A stretch of 64,000 nt of DNA, taken from assembly GCA_052426225.1 (NCBI GenBank), contig JBNJNM010000009.1:682001-746000 (forward strand), in the 5' to 3' direction. Each line of letters begins with the position of its first letter. Positions within the stretch are counted from its first letter, which is position 1. Made by a program: the position numbers and the translations under genes. Shown in pieces: positions 1 through 12,129 of the stretch. The DNA comes from Zancudomyces culisetae HAW-14-8 (lineage: Eukaryota; Fungi; Kickxellomycota). The notes beneath the pieces were generated by a model. That model did not search any database and was not told where the DNA came from. It worked only from the letters and a program-made list of their open reading frames with translations.

Positions 1-1308
1 TACTAACCTGACTGGGAGTGAGCTGCTCGACAACATCCATATCAGCAACTCCTGCTACCAGATCACCGTCGTAGTTGTGTATTGTGTTATAAACCGCTGA
101 TCCATAATCTGGGTTACTCAAAAGATACTCAGTATTCATATTTATCTTCTCCAGTTCGCTTTTGATGGTATTTGCAAAGGGATCGCCTCCGACCATGGCA
201 ACCAAATAAACATCAGCGCCAGCCAAATGCGCAGCTCTGGAAATATTCTGCCCAACCCCACCAATGAATGATTGTACTTTGCCTATATATGAAGTTGGTT
301 TAAGCGCGCCGCCATCTTTACTCAGGTTTGCGTTCCTTGTATCGGATATTCTTGATATTATATCGATTGTACAACACCCTATCACCAGCTATTTAGTTAT
401 ATATTTTCCCATCATGAACCACCATTCTAAAAGGAAAATATGTACAATAAAGTAGGGGTTTTAGAGGCATAGGTTTACCAATTTTTTGTTGTTTCCAATA
501 CAAAATCTCCTGGTCTGAATCTGTGTAAACCCATTTTGATATCCAACAAGGGTTGTGTTAAATCCTCTTTTTCTATTCAAGTCCTGATTAAATTTATGTC
601 AATTAAATCGATATGCCAGTTAGTACCATAGTTCACGCAAAGAGTTTAAAGCTATACTTTGTATTTTTAATTCAATGGATATATTTATAATTAGATGTAA
701 GTAAGGATTGTGTACACTTACTTTGCAATTGCCGATAAACCCAGCTCTAGAGAAAGTATATTATATAAAGATATTAAAGTAAGTACATTTACTTCATCCT
801 GGTTGGTGCAACTCTTTCTCAATCGTACAACACTTTTCAATATTCTGAACATGTGTTAGTATATTAAGATATACCCGATACTCTGGTTAATATGCTGATG
901 TGTCAATATTAAACTAAATAGTGGTGAAATGCAATAATTAATATTTCAAAAATTACCTGGTGGAAAAGGCATGATAGTTATTCACTACAAAAAGTAGATA
1001 AAGTTGACAAGTCGAGTGAATATAAAGTATGTTAGATATGAAATAATAGTGAGACTACTAAATAGTGCATAAAATATTAAACTAGTTCTCCAAATTTATA
1101 TTTCATACACTAATTTGTAGAGCACAAGACATGGTTGGTACTTACCCTGCGTATATGTAGATATATGTGATGGTATATCGTCATTTTTAGTTCTAAGGCA
1201 AGTATACTCCCTGATAATACACGCTTTTTGGGGGTTACCCATCTTTTGGAAGGCACTGAGTTTTGCTAGGCCCCCGGTTTGAATTGATCGATTCATAATA
1301 CGATGCAT
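1..1308 (-). CDS. PfkB/ribokinase-family kinase (pseudouridine-kinase-like), multi-exon, runs off the window start
   Basis: Exon 388..8 (AG acceptor, GTTAGT donor) translates LVIGCCTIDIISR...GGVGQNISRAAHLAGADVYLVAMVGGDPFA...DGDLVAGVADMD, the PfkB N-terminal signature. Small upstream candidate exons lie at ~478-585, 723-747, 793-845, 957-985 and 1146-1308, but I could not resolve them into one frame, so the 5' boundary is tentative. Confidence 0.75.
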
Positions 1309-2134
1309 GTTAATTTCCTAGTTTTTGGTTGAATTTCGGTAAAATTAGTAGTCGTGAATTAAATGAGCTTAAAGTCTTTGTTGAATATTGTTAGATACCA
1401 ACTATATATTTAGTAATATTTTTATGTTGTAGTTGACTGTGATGATAACAAGATTTTTTTTTGATTGCTTTTATCAATGGAGCGTTTTTTTGAGACGATC
1501 AAACTGTAAAATAATCACCATATTGGAACAAGGCTTTAATTGCTTCATTCTGATTGATGGAATGAGATTTTATAGATCCACTAGATTTTTAGAAACATAT
1601 GATTTTTTTTTGCGATACTTTTCCAAATGCATGTGTTTAATTTTCTTGTTTCAAGTAGCCTGACATTATTCACACAACCTAATTAATTAGCTGGATGAAT
1701 CTTTTAGGACATAAAAGGAGGCAAGCATCGCCTTTCAAGACAGTGTTTGACCATACTCAGATTATTAAAGGTATAATTTGACATGAAAGTCTAGGATAGA
1801 TATTGTCTGTGCAACGAAGTGTGTTAGCTTAGTGTTATTACAGTGATATCATTCAAATCCTGGTTTCTGTGATTTTTTATTTTACACTGGTTTGGTTAAT
1901 ACAAACTCTTTAAAGCACAAATGAGTAGTGTACATAGTGCAAGGCTTGCCAAGTTGAAGAGCGGTGACATTGAGCGTTATAGCATTTTGGGTTTTGGGTT
2001 TTGGGCTTTAATAGTCCAGAAAATTGAAGTTTGGGCACTGTTCCATAAACTTTCAAATTTTTTATGAAATAGAAATATAGTCCAAAAAAAGAAATAAAAT
2101 ACTTTTAGAAAGACATGGTCTGGGTATAGACGGA

Positions 2135-3103
2135 ATGAAGCGACATCAGCAAAAAAAGGGAATACTAGGCAACAAGATATCGATCTTGGGTAGTGGTAAT
2201 ACTGGCACAATCAATAAAAGTATAGGAAACAAGCAGCAAACAGCTGAGCCTAGCCAGGTTGGAAAGAAGACAGAGATTAAATTTGGGATTGTTGGCGAGC
2301 AGAAAAATAAAATAAAGAATGTCGTGGATAAAGACACGGGAACAGGTCGATTGAGCGGATTTGGAACAGGTAAAAGATTGGGACTAGAGGCGGAAGAGCA
2401 AGACGAGCAACAGGGCGACAAGATTGTTTATCTGAGTAATGTTGAAGGAAACAAATATATAGGGTACGTGATGAGAATGGATTGCAATTAGTATGGACAT
2501 GTAGTCATAGAAAGAAAAAAAATAATGAATTTATTTACTATTTGGTAAAAATTTAGGTCTGATGGGACGGATATCAATGCACCTCTGGTGATAAAAGTTG
2601 CGGAAAATGCGAATTGGGTACACGATCGAATTATTGAAAGTCGAAAAAAGAAAGAGGAGGCCGAAACAGATGGGAAAAGTGGTGGAATAGACGGAGATAT
2701 AAATTCAGATGGTGAACCCAGAGTAGAGGAGCAAGAGTATGGGCTACAGACTACAGAGAAAACAAAAAGGCAAAAGGGTGGCGTTGGAAATGGTGAAAAC
2801 GGGGCTGTTGAGAGTGAATCTTTTGGAATGAGAGAGCAGCGTGAAAAGACGGCTTACAAGAAGGATATTGAAAGAATTGATGCAGAGATGACGCTGGATG
2901 GGTATAAAAAAGTGAAAGTGGAGGATTTTGGAGAGGCACTTTTGAGAGGGATGGGATGGGAGGAGGAAGAAGAAGATGATGATAAAGGGGATAAGAAGCA
3001 GGAGGAAAAGCTACGGCCTTCGATGTTGGGGTTGGGGGCTTCACTTCCACCACCCGAGGTAGTTAAAATCGACAAGCGGCGAGGGTTTATTGGTAGAAAG
3101 TGA
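2135..3103 (+). CDS. SPP2: Spp2/GPKOW-type G-patch pre-mRNA splicing factor; join(2135..2463,2557..3103)
   Basis: An intron GTACGT...TTTAG joins the two ORFs in frame. PLVIK motif, then G-patch YKKVKVEDFGEALLRGMGW...RPSMLGLGA. Confidence 0.85.
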
Positions 3104-3912
3104 TAGAGTGATTAGGGCTGCAAGTTTTTGTATATTTGATTAATACTGTTTGTATTGATGTAATATAAATAGATTGTTATATTTAGGTTGTTAAACCATA
3201 GGACCTGAAATGTCTTTTTTATGAGTATACCGCTTGTTTAAATATAATTTAGGTGTATAAAGTGATTGAAAAAAGGAAAGGCTTAAAAGTGTATGGGTAG
3301 TGGATATGCGGAATATCAGGGATGTGCACGTAAAGAATAGATAAGCAAGATGGAGGGAGGAGGAGGGGAGGAATGTTATGTGAGCATAGATAGTTGTGTT
3401 GTGTATGCGATCCATTTTTTTAATCAATATATTTGATGTAAGAACTGCGGCAAAAGATGAAATGTTTTAGCCATTAACATGAACGAATCGAAGCTTGAAG
3501 TTGTAATGCAAAAACTAATATAATATCAACTTTGCTGAGTGTGAGGAAAATAGGAGGAAATTGAGTATTGGCATAAATACCCAGGGCGAATGAACATGCA
3601 AGATCAGCATAAAATTCTAAATTAGGGGCTATTTATTACATTTTAGCCGAAAAGGAGTGGTTTGAAAATTGTCTTGGTAAAAAAAAATTTTCGGATATTT
3701 TTGGTGGAATTTAGTTGGAAAATAGGATATGGTATATATAAAAATAGGGAAATGAAAAATGAAAATGCTTTTATATTATTAAAGTTGGTCAAAAACAAAC
3801 AAATTTGTATTTAATAGAGTATGGTAATGTAAGATAAAAAGAGAACAAATTTACGAACGGGAATATTGTAAAAAAAATAAAAAAGTAGAGATATAAGAAT
3901 AATCAAAATAAA

Positions 3913-6132
3913 ATGATGAATCGCGTAATGGCAGGGGGAAAAGGGCTGGTGGGCAGGGTTGCAGCGTTAAGGCAGCAAATAAACAGACAAAATCGCAAAA
4001 GCAGAGTGGATAGATATAGGAGGATACATGTAGGAAAGCGGAGCGAGTTGTCGATGAATGCGGAAAAAAACCGAATAGAATTTAGAATTTTGGACCAGTA
4101 TCGAGAACAGGAGGCAGCAACGAGGAAGCGACAAGAGGACGAGGAGGCACAGAAGGGAGCGAAGGAGCGGGAGGAGCGGTATGGAGAAATGAAAAAGGTA
4201 TTTATAGCGACAAAGCAGTACCCGCGAACGGGACTAACAAATAAAGAGTTGGAGGTAAAATGTCCGAATTGTAGTGTGGGTAAGCCACATGGAACGGGGT
4301 ATACTGCAAAGATGAATCTGGAGGACGGGAGTTTCCATTGCACAGAGTGTTTTTCAACAGGAACGTGGGCAGAGTACGCATACTTATCGAAAAAGCGGTT
4401 AGGGAAAGATAAGAAGGGAGAGGGGAAGGGAAAGGAGGGGGAGGAGATGAAAGAGTATATAGAGGAAGAGGTAAAAGCAGAAATAGAGGAGAAAAAGATT
4501 CAAGAGGCAGTAGAAGAGATGCAAAAAAACCTACGAAACAACAAAACGATGTTAAAGAAACTAGTAGAGGAATACAAACTAACGGCCAAGACACTGGAAG
4601 AGTACAAAGTAGGAGAAGTATATGTAGGACGAAAGGAAGTGGCGGAAGAAATAGAACAGTTGGTGTCAAAGGGCGAAGGGAAGCGGGCGCGGGTGAGTTT
4701 TCCAATGACGGGGCTAAAGGTTGAGGTGGAAGAGCTTCTAGAAAATGGAAAAGAAGAGGTGGAGTACTGCACCAACGAAGTGATGGTGGTGGATCTCAGT
4801 AGCCAGGAACGCACTAAGGTAGATGCAACGGGGAGTGGACGTGGCGGGTTGTTTGGACTGCACATGGTACCAGCAGATAGCAGCACTGTTGTAGTGACAG
4901 ATACCGAGCTGGATGCATTGGCAGTGTATCAGCAGACAGGCATAGCAGCAGTGTCGCTACCCAGCGCAGCGTTTCAGCTTCCTCTGAAGGTAGTGTCGGC
5001 ATTGGATAGATTCGAGAGGATTTATGTGTGGATGGAAGACACCTTTTTAGGCCGAGAGGCAGCGGAGGGACTGTGTCAGAAGCTCGGCGTCGATAGGACA
5101 CTCATCGTGCGCCACAAAAGCTCAAGCTCGAAAGGCTGCACCCGCCCAATCGACTCGCTGCGTTGTGGCGACTTGCAGGCCTTTGACGATGCTATGCACC
5201 GAGCCCGTCCGCTGAGACACGACAAAATCATGGACTTTAGTGTCCTGAGCGACAGTGTGCTGTTTGAGTTAATGAATCCCGGCGTCATGGCTGGAGTCAA
5301 GTCCACAATGTTTCCTGCCTACAACGACATCCTCAAGGGCCTGCGCCCTGGCGAGCTCACTGTATTTAGCGGCCCAACTGGTGTCGGAAAGACAACCGTG
5401 CTGTCGCAGCTGAGCTTGGATTTCTGCAAGTCACGTGTTCCAACTCTTTGGGGCAGCTTCGAAATCCCAAACACTCGCCTCGCCTCCCGCATGCTGGCCC
5501 AGTTTGCAGGCGAAGACCTTTCTACCAAGCCCGAAGCCCAGCTGCGGAAACACATGTCTCGTTTCATGGGGCTGCCAATGTATTTTCTCAAGTTCCACGG
5601 TTCTACTAATCCCGACACTGTCATTGAAACCATGCGCCACGCCGTCTATGCCTATGACGTTAAGCACATCATCATTGACAATTTACAGTTCATGATGAGC
5701 GTACACGGCCATACCAAATTTTCTGGCGACAAGTACGATCTCCAGGATGCTGCCGTTGCCTCCTTCCGTCGCTTTGCCACTGAACAACGCGTCCACATCA
5801 CTCTAGTCGTCCACATTCGCAAAGAACAGTCCTCTTCCTCGCTCGATCTCAACTCTATATTTGGTTCTGCTAAGACTACTCAGGAAGCTGATAACGTCCT
5901 CATGCTACAGAAACTGTCTCGTTCTTCCTCCAAACGCTACCTTGAAGTTCTCAAAAATAGATATGATGGCACTCTTGGTAAAATCTACCTCTCTTATGAC
6001 AAGGATTCCTCCTCAATAAAACAGATTGCAGAACCTCCCCCGAGACAACGCAACGTCAAGCTCATCCGTCCTGCCACTGGACTAGACGAGTTGACTCAAC
6101 TGCGAATCTCTGAGTCCACTGAGCTATTATAA
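3913..6132 (+). CDS. TWNK: Twinkle mitochondrial primase-helicase (T7 gp4-like, SF4)
   Basis: 739 aa, intronless. Basic N-terminal presequence, CPNC...CTEC Zn motif and TOPRIM-like region. Walker A GLRPGELTVFSGPTGVGKTT, then WGSFEI, HIIIDNLQF, HITLVVH, GSAKTTQEADN and KNRYDGTLG. Confidence 0.95.
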   Translation: MMNRVMAGGKGLVGRVAALRQQINRQNRKSRVDRYRRIHVGKRSELSMNAEKNRIEFRILDQYREQEAATRKRQEDEEAQKGAKEREERYGEMKKVFIATKQYPRTGLTNKELEVKCPNCSVGKPHGTGYTAKMNLEDGSFHCTECFSTGTWAEYAYLSKKRLGKDKKGEGKGKEGEEMKEYIEEEVKAEIEEKKIQEAVEEMQKNLRNNKTMLKKLVEEYKLTAKTLEEYKVGEVYVGRKEVAEEIEQLVSKGEGKRARVSFPMTGLKVEVEELLENGKEEVEYCTNEVMVVDLSSQERTKVDATGSGRGGLFGLHMVPADSSTVVVTDTELDALAVYQQTGIAAVSLPSAAFQLPLKVVSALDRFERIYVWMEDTFLGREAAEGLCQKLGVDRTLIVRHKSSSSKGCTRPIDSLRCGDLQAFDDAMHRARPLRHDKIMDFSVLSDSVLFELMNPGVMAGVKSTMFPAYNDILKGLRPGELTVFSGPTGVGKTTVLSQLSLDFCKSRVPTLWGSFEIPNTRLASRMLAQFAGEDLSTKPEAQLRKHMSRFMGLPMYFLKFHGSTNPDTVIETMRHAVYAYDVKHIIIDNLQFMMSVHGHTKFSGDKYDLQDAAVASFRRFATEQRVHITLVVHIRKEQSSSSLDLNSIFGSAKTTQEADNVLMLQKLSRSSSKRYLEVLKNRYDGTLGKIYLSYDKDSSSIKQIAEPPPRQRNVKLIRPATGLDELTQLRISESTELL

Positions 6133-6136
6133 TCCT

Positions 6137-6702
6137 TTATTTATACAACCTTTTTGAAAAATTTGGGTCTTGAATAAACCCTACTAATATTTTGTTACTA
6201 CCTGTCTGTAATAATGGATGCCCTGCAACTCTATTTTTGTATTTAATTTGATTTTATTATAATTCCCTTTTTTTATTCTCCCTTATTTTTTTATTATTGT
6301 TATGAATAGGTTCAATACAATGTTTACTTACATTTGCAAAAACGTTTCCAGGCCTGCACGTCGAGCCTCAATCACCTCTTCACTAAAACGATTAGTAAAC
6401 ACTTTTCCTGGTAATGGCGGGATATTCACGCCTTTTACTTCTGTCTTCAGCGTCTCTCGAAACCATTCAAAATCGCTGTATCGGCGCCGCACACTTGAAG
6501 TCCGGAATTTGAACGTTGGAATGTTGGTGCGGCACACAATCTCAAAGTCTGTGTATTTGGTACGGCCATCGTCATGTGTTATCGGATTGGTCACTTCGAT
6601 TTCCAGGGTGTTTTCTGGTTCGGTGTATAGGTCCTCGGCCGGTACGTCCTGGATCGCATATCGCGTGCTTTGGCCAAATGGGGTGTCTCTATTTCCACTC
6701 AT
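6137..6702 (-). CDS. SNX3: Sorting nexin-3 (PX domain); complement(join(6137..6230,6332..6702))
   Basis: [12 protein letters not shown]...[12 protein letters not shown]...[24 protein letters not shown] intron gives the C-terminal exon [31 protein letters not shown]. Confidence 0.95.
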
Positions 6703-7908
6703 TGTGTTTATTCTTGTAAATTGTATTTTTACTTTTATTTATATTCCGGAGTTTTAGCTACTCTTTTTTCCTTTTTTTTTAGTTTTATGGTTTCATATAT
6801 TGACTTTTTTTTTATCCAGAAATTAAACTATTTAATTTAGCCAATTAGCCTAGCCATGTGCTATATTATCATGTTTTGCTTTTTACAACACCTGTAAACA
6901 TTATTCATAAAACTTCCCAATTCCTATCCCCTTGCCAATAATATATCACCCAATGGTTTTAGAGCTAGATTTTTTTTTTCCAACAACAAAAAAATAATAA
7001 TGGACTAGTCTGAAAACAGAGCAAAAAGTAGTTGTGATTTGCCCAACACCCCCTGGGATTTCCATAAAAGATGTAATGTTAAACCGCGAGAATCTCCGTT
7101 GCTTTGCGCTATATTGGAAATAACTGAACGGAGTTGTTCGAAATAATCCGAAAGCCCTCTCTCTCCCTTTTCCTCTTGCGCCGCATTCGTCTTCTTTGCT
7201 CCCATCATCTTAAATACCCGTTTAGAAGCACCATCCTAGCCAAACATTTATTCAAAAGTAATGCCCAAGTGTATTTGTGCCCCCCCCCCTCCCCCCAATT
7301 GATTATGCTGGCAATTATCTAGTCATTGTTTTAGTTAAATCCCATTAACCACCATTACTACCGAAAGCACACATAAACTTGTTTTCCCACCACTTTTTCT
7401 GAATGTCAAACCTACCCACAACACGTTCAATTCTACAACTGTTAACCGGGGGGGTAAAAACTAAAAAAATAAAAATTTCACTTGATATTCATTTATCTCA
7501 CACAGTCACATGCTGTTCTATTTCACATTTTGTCACCAACATTTATATGTTACGAGTTTCAACTCTCACACTTATCGTCCTCCTTAATCACGATCAATCA
7601 GCTTCATGGATTTTTTTTTCCTTCTCTAGCTTTTAACTAATTTTTAGTCCATTCAATAGAAAATCGTTATGAAAAGTGGTATTTCATTAGTAATCACAGA
7701 TTTACATAAATACAAGGGCTCTGAGGTTGTGCTTTTTTTTTTATCAACGACTTTGTTTAAATCGTCTTTTTAGGTTTTTATTATTTTATTTTTAAAATTA
7801 TTTACAAGTATTTACTTATTTTTAATAGCAAGGTGTTACTACACTAATTAATAAATATATTACTCTACTAAAAGTGATCCATCCACTAAAAACACAAGAA
7901 AAAACAGA

Positions 7909-9531
7909 ATGCCATTAGCAAAAACAGAAACACCAGCAGAATCCTCCACTTCTGCTCCTACATCCAGAGGTTTGGACCTTACCGACTTGATGACTGAGTT
8001 AGCAAGAAACCGTAGACCTAGTCCTTTGAAAGGTCTTCTTAAATATTTCTATACCCCTGGTATTATTTCTTTGAGTGGAGGTAGGTCGTCATCATTATTA
8101 TTGCTTTGCCTTGTTTCAAATCATATATTTCCTTATCAAGTATTCATCATTTTCAAAAAATGAATGAAAATGAAAAAGCAAATAACAACAGACATAATAC
8201 TATATTAAAAAATTGTTTGATTATTATACAAAAAAAAAGGTATGCCCCATCCAAGCACTTTCCCCTTTGTCGAATTTTCTGCAAAGGTCGTAAAACCGGG
8301 TACCCGTGCTCACGCCCAAGAGAACCTTAATGAATGCACGGAAATTTCGGTCAAAAAGCACATCGAAGATGGCAGCAACGTTGAGTCGCTTGACTCCTTA
8401 CTCCAATACGGTTCATCTGCTGGGGCCAAGAGTTTGAGCGGATACTTTAACCGCCACATGCACAGATACCACACCCCGCAGTATTCCAACATGGAATGTA
8501 TTATGTCTGTAGGCAGTACTGATGCGCTCAACAAGGTGGCCGATTTGTTTTTGGTGCGTGGGGATCCTGTTGTTGTATGTCAGTGGACGTATCCTGCGGT
8601 AATTGAAACATTTACTGGAGCTGGATACAACATGGTCCCAGTTGACATGGATGATGAGGGTATGAATCCTGAGGCACTCGACAGAGTATGCACAGAATGG
8701 ACTGGTCCACAAAAGCTCAAGGTGGTATATCTGATTCCTACTGGCCAAAACCCAACTGGTGCCACAATGTCTGTTCAGCGACGAAAGGATATCTACAGCG
8801 TCTGTCAGAAACACAACTTGATAATTATCGAAGATGATCCATACTACTTCCTCCAGTTTGGTGGCCTTCCAGTTGTTAGCCATGAAGAGCAATCAGAATC
8901 TTATTTTGCCAAATTGCCTGGTGTTGAAAACCTGCTGCCTTCGCTACTTTCGCTTGATGTGGATGGTCGTGTAGTACGAATGGATACTTTGAGTAAACTC
9001 ATCGCGCCAAACACGCGTATTGGCTGGATCACTGGTCAAGACTATTTTATAGACGCCATTCTTAAAAGCAGCGAGAACACCATCCAGCAACCCAGTGGGT
9101 TTTCACAGGGTCTTATTTCTAAACTCTTTAACGATGAGTGGAAGGATGCTGGCTTTGACGAACATATCCGCTTCCTACAAGTTGACTATATATCAAAGCG
9201 TAACTGCATGCTCAATGCGATTGAAAAATACCTTGGAAATAAAGCCGTCTCGGTACTTGTTCCCGACAGTGGTATGTTTATCTGGATGAAAATCAACCTG
9301 CCTGAACCACACAAATCAACACCTGGAATTGCAGATGTTATATTTGACAAGCTTATAGAAAACAAAATACTTTTGGTTTCTGGGTGGCAATGCCATTCAT
9401 CTCAAGACACCGAGCCTGTCAGAGATTATCCTTATTTCAGATTGGCCTATAGTTTTGCCACTATTGAGCAAATCGATAGTGGAATCCAGCGCGTTGCTAA
9501 TACTTTGAAGGGTTTTGGATGTGATCTATAG
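7909..9531 (+). CDS. Aromatic amino acid / 2-aminoadipate aminotransferase (Aro8-like, PLP class I); join(7909..8080,8240..9531)
   Basis: RRPSPLK...IISLSGG|MPHPSTFPF spans a GTAGGT..AAAG intron. LQYG, YLIPTGQNPTG, IIEDDPYYFLQF and DTLSKLIAPNTRIGW (PLP lysine) motifs. Confidence 0.92.
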
Positions 9532-10068
9532 TTTGTTTGTTTTTTTGGATTAGTTGCTTGTTTGTCTTGCATGTTGAATTTCAATTGGAATTTTAATGCT
9601 TATATAGAATGTGGCATTTGATGTTTGAGTTGGTATTATTGCTATTGAGATATCCCACGTAGAAAAAGTCTAAAATAACAGCTAAAGTTCATTTTCGATA
9701 ATACAGGATGTTTTAAATGAAACCCGGTTTGGTCCTGTTTTCAGTTGTGTTTAAAATTTTGTTAATTCAGCTACGGAGTTCGATGTTCTTGCTCTGTTCA
9801 ATCAATATTATTTTTATTTAGTCGCGTTTTTTATTTCTGGGAATTTCTAGTAAGGTGGTGGTAAAAGTAAATTATAAAGGGTATGCTTAGCCTGGCTTAG
9901 TTTGTGATATTGACAAGTAATTTGATAATCCATCAAAGTGATGTGTGTATATGCATTTTGAAAAGACATCTTAGCACCTTTAGCTGCACGTTGACTCTTG
10001 TAATCTATGAAGCTTTAGCTAAATTTAAAAGAGATAAAGATCTAAGATCAAAAGACAAAGCTGGTGGT

Positions 10069-12129
10069 TCAAGAGCTTGAAAATACCAGATTTAAGAAGG
10101 AAGTGATAAAAGTATTGGCATCTTCACGCGACCAAGAGTAGTATTTAAAGGATCTATAAACCAGATTTGAGACCTGGATTCGATTCAAGTTATTTTGCTG
10201 GTTTACTTCAGGAATTTTATCAAAGTCGTTGAACTTTTTGTTTTTGATTAGCAAATATCTCTCGGGGGTGGTGTTGATAAAGCATTTATCTATATACTCA
10301 GTGAAAAGGCTAAAAGAGGCAGAAACCTGGATTAAATGGTCGCAGTCTGTAGGGGTGAGAGAAATTACAGGAAAATCGACATAGTGATTCAAGGAGAGAG
10401 TCCTGAAGGCAGTAATGGGATTGGCTAAATGGCAGCAAGTATAGCCTACAGAGGCAGGAGTGCCCATAATAAACCAAGGATTGATATCAGTTGCGGTAAG
10501 AGATGCGTTTGCTAGGATGGTGGGAATCATGTTGGATTTTGTGTTGATACCATGATAATACTCTTTTACATTGATGGCTCTTTTAAAAGAATCTACAGCC
10601 ATTCCTCTATTCATAAACTTGGGTTCAATTTTTGATAAAAATTGAAAGACAAATTCCAATCCTTCGACAACTTGGCTGTGGTTAGGCAGATCTGTAATAT
10701 AACTTGCATTAATAAGAGCCGACATTATCCAGTAAACAGAAATATATAGGTTCAAATCCATGTATGCAATAGAGATTTTATTGTAGCCCCATTTGAGAAT
10801 CTTTACACCATTGAGTGCATGATCAATGCACAACATTTTAGCCATCTGAACACGCCATGGTTCATTTACAAAATACGTTAAATGTGCTATTTCTGTTAAA
10901 CACAACATGGTAGATGCATTTATCAACACAACAAAAAGATACCACAGTTGGAAAAGCAAGTTTTTGACAGATGCTTCATCAATTATAAGAAAGTTTGCGT
11001 TTTCGTACAGCTGAAGAGTTTGTAGTGTATCTAATGTATACTTTTTCAGCTTTTTTAAGCTATCACTGGCTAGCTTTGATGTTTCTTTATACTTTTTAAA
11101 ATCAAGTTGATAGTTTTTCCTAATTAACGAACATCTTTGGTTGCGAAGTGAGCAAATCCTGTTGTGCACAGCAAACACCATACATCTTATTTTTGTAATA
11201 TCTGCGTTTATCCTTCTGCTTTCTTTACTTTTGATCAGCTCACCATTCTGAACTAAAAATAGTTGTGTTGGCTCTTTATACTCGATTCCGTTCCTCCATT
11301 CATAATCCCTTTGTGGAAGTTTGTTTGCACTTTTGTAAAGTACACCGTTAAATATAAGCTTAGAAAAGCCAAAAATTGCACTGTTGTTGAGATATACCAT
11401 CCAGAATATTCTCCGTCGAAACTCCATTTCATTTTTTCCCAGTTTGAACCGCTGTGTGTTTAGTTTTGCATCTGTATCGACTTTGTGCAAGCCAAGAATA
11501 ATACAAGCATTAAATGACTTTAATAGGTCAGTTTGAGCTACATGATTAAATCTATTGCAATTTTTATGTTCGACCAATGCATGGCGACACCATATGTGGT
11601 TCATCCGTGGCTTGTTTGATTTATTGTCTAGTGTTTTTCTCACGAAAGTGAGCATTCTCTCCAATCTCTTTGTATTCAATGCTTTTGGGATTCTAGAGGA
11701 AGGTAGGATCTGTGATCCAAGAATTATAATTGAATAGATCATGTATTTAGGTAGCCTCAGCTTTTTAATATTTTCAATCAGCATCGGCGTTCTAACCGGT
11801 ATCATGAGATCTGGCATTACGTATGCACACACTTCTATTGCCTGTACCATAAAATCTACAAGTCTTACCAAATGAATCTTAATATTTTTATCATAGTAGG
11901 CCTCATAGCTAAAACTTCCATATTCTATTTTTTGCATCAACACATACTCGTATGTATCTTCGTATAGTTTATCAAACCCACTACTTTCGCTCCCGCTTGC
12001 AATTTTTAGTCTTTTATTGTTCCTTACAACGCCATATATGTTTGTAGTCTTATTGGCTATACTAATTACAAGATCCCTGACTTTTTTCAAAGTCATCATC
12101 CTATTTTTCTTAGCTACAACCTTCCCCAT
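10069..12129 (-). CDS. Fungal-specific transcription-factor (middle homology) domain protein, paralogue 1; no Zn2Cys6 visible
   Basis: 686 aa intronless ORF with LGLHKVD...EMEFRRRIFWMVY...LPQRDYEW. Collinear along its whole length with 22640..24733. Confidence 0.7.
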   Translation of the reverse strand: MGKVVAKKNRMMTLKKVRDLVISIANKTTNIYGVVRNNKRLKIASGSESSGFDKLYEDTYEYVLMQKIEYGSFSYEAYYDKNIKIHLVRLVDFMVQAIEVCAYVMPDLMIPVRTPMLIENIKKLRLPKYMIYSIIILGSQILPSSRIPKALNTKRLERMLTFVRKTLDNKSNKPRMNHIWCRHALVEHKNCNRFNHVAQTDLLKSFNACIILGLHKVDTDAKLNTQRFKLGKNEMEFRRRIFWMVYLNNSAIFGFSKLIFNGVLYKSANKLPQRDYEWRNGIEYKEPTQLFLVQNGELIKSKESRRINADITKIRCMVFAVHNRICSLRNQRCSLIRKNYQLDFKKYKETSKLASDSLKKLKKYTLDTLQTLQLYENANFLIIDEASVKNLLFQLWYLFVVLINASTMLCLTEIAHLTYFVNEPWRVQMAKMLCIDHALNGVKILKWGYNKISIAYMDLNLYISVYWIMSALINASYITDLPNHSQVVEGLEFVFQFLSKIEPKFMNRGMAVDSFKRAINVKEYYHGINTKSNMIPTILANASLTATDINPWFIMGTPASVGYTCCHLANPITAFRTLSLNHYVDFPVISLTPTDCDHLIQVSASFSLFTEYIDKCFINTTPERYLLIKNKKFNDFDKIPEVNQQNNLNRIQVSNLVYRSFKYYSWSREDANTFITSFLNLVFSSS

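Noticed and set aside
3903-5852. Numerous antisense ORFs over Twinkle (and over Spp2, the aminotransferase and TE genes)
   Set aside because: Shadow ORFs arising from codon and composition bias.
7005-7208. Small ORF or structured ncRNA (CTCCGTT...AACGGAG stem; GCTTTGCGC resembling U4)
   Set aside because: No complete snRNA, snoRNA or RNase MRP motif set, and no recognisable protein. It lies in the divergent promoter region.
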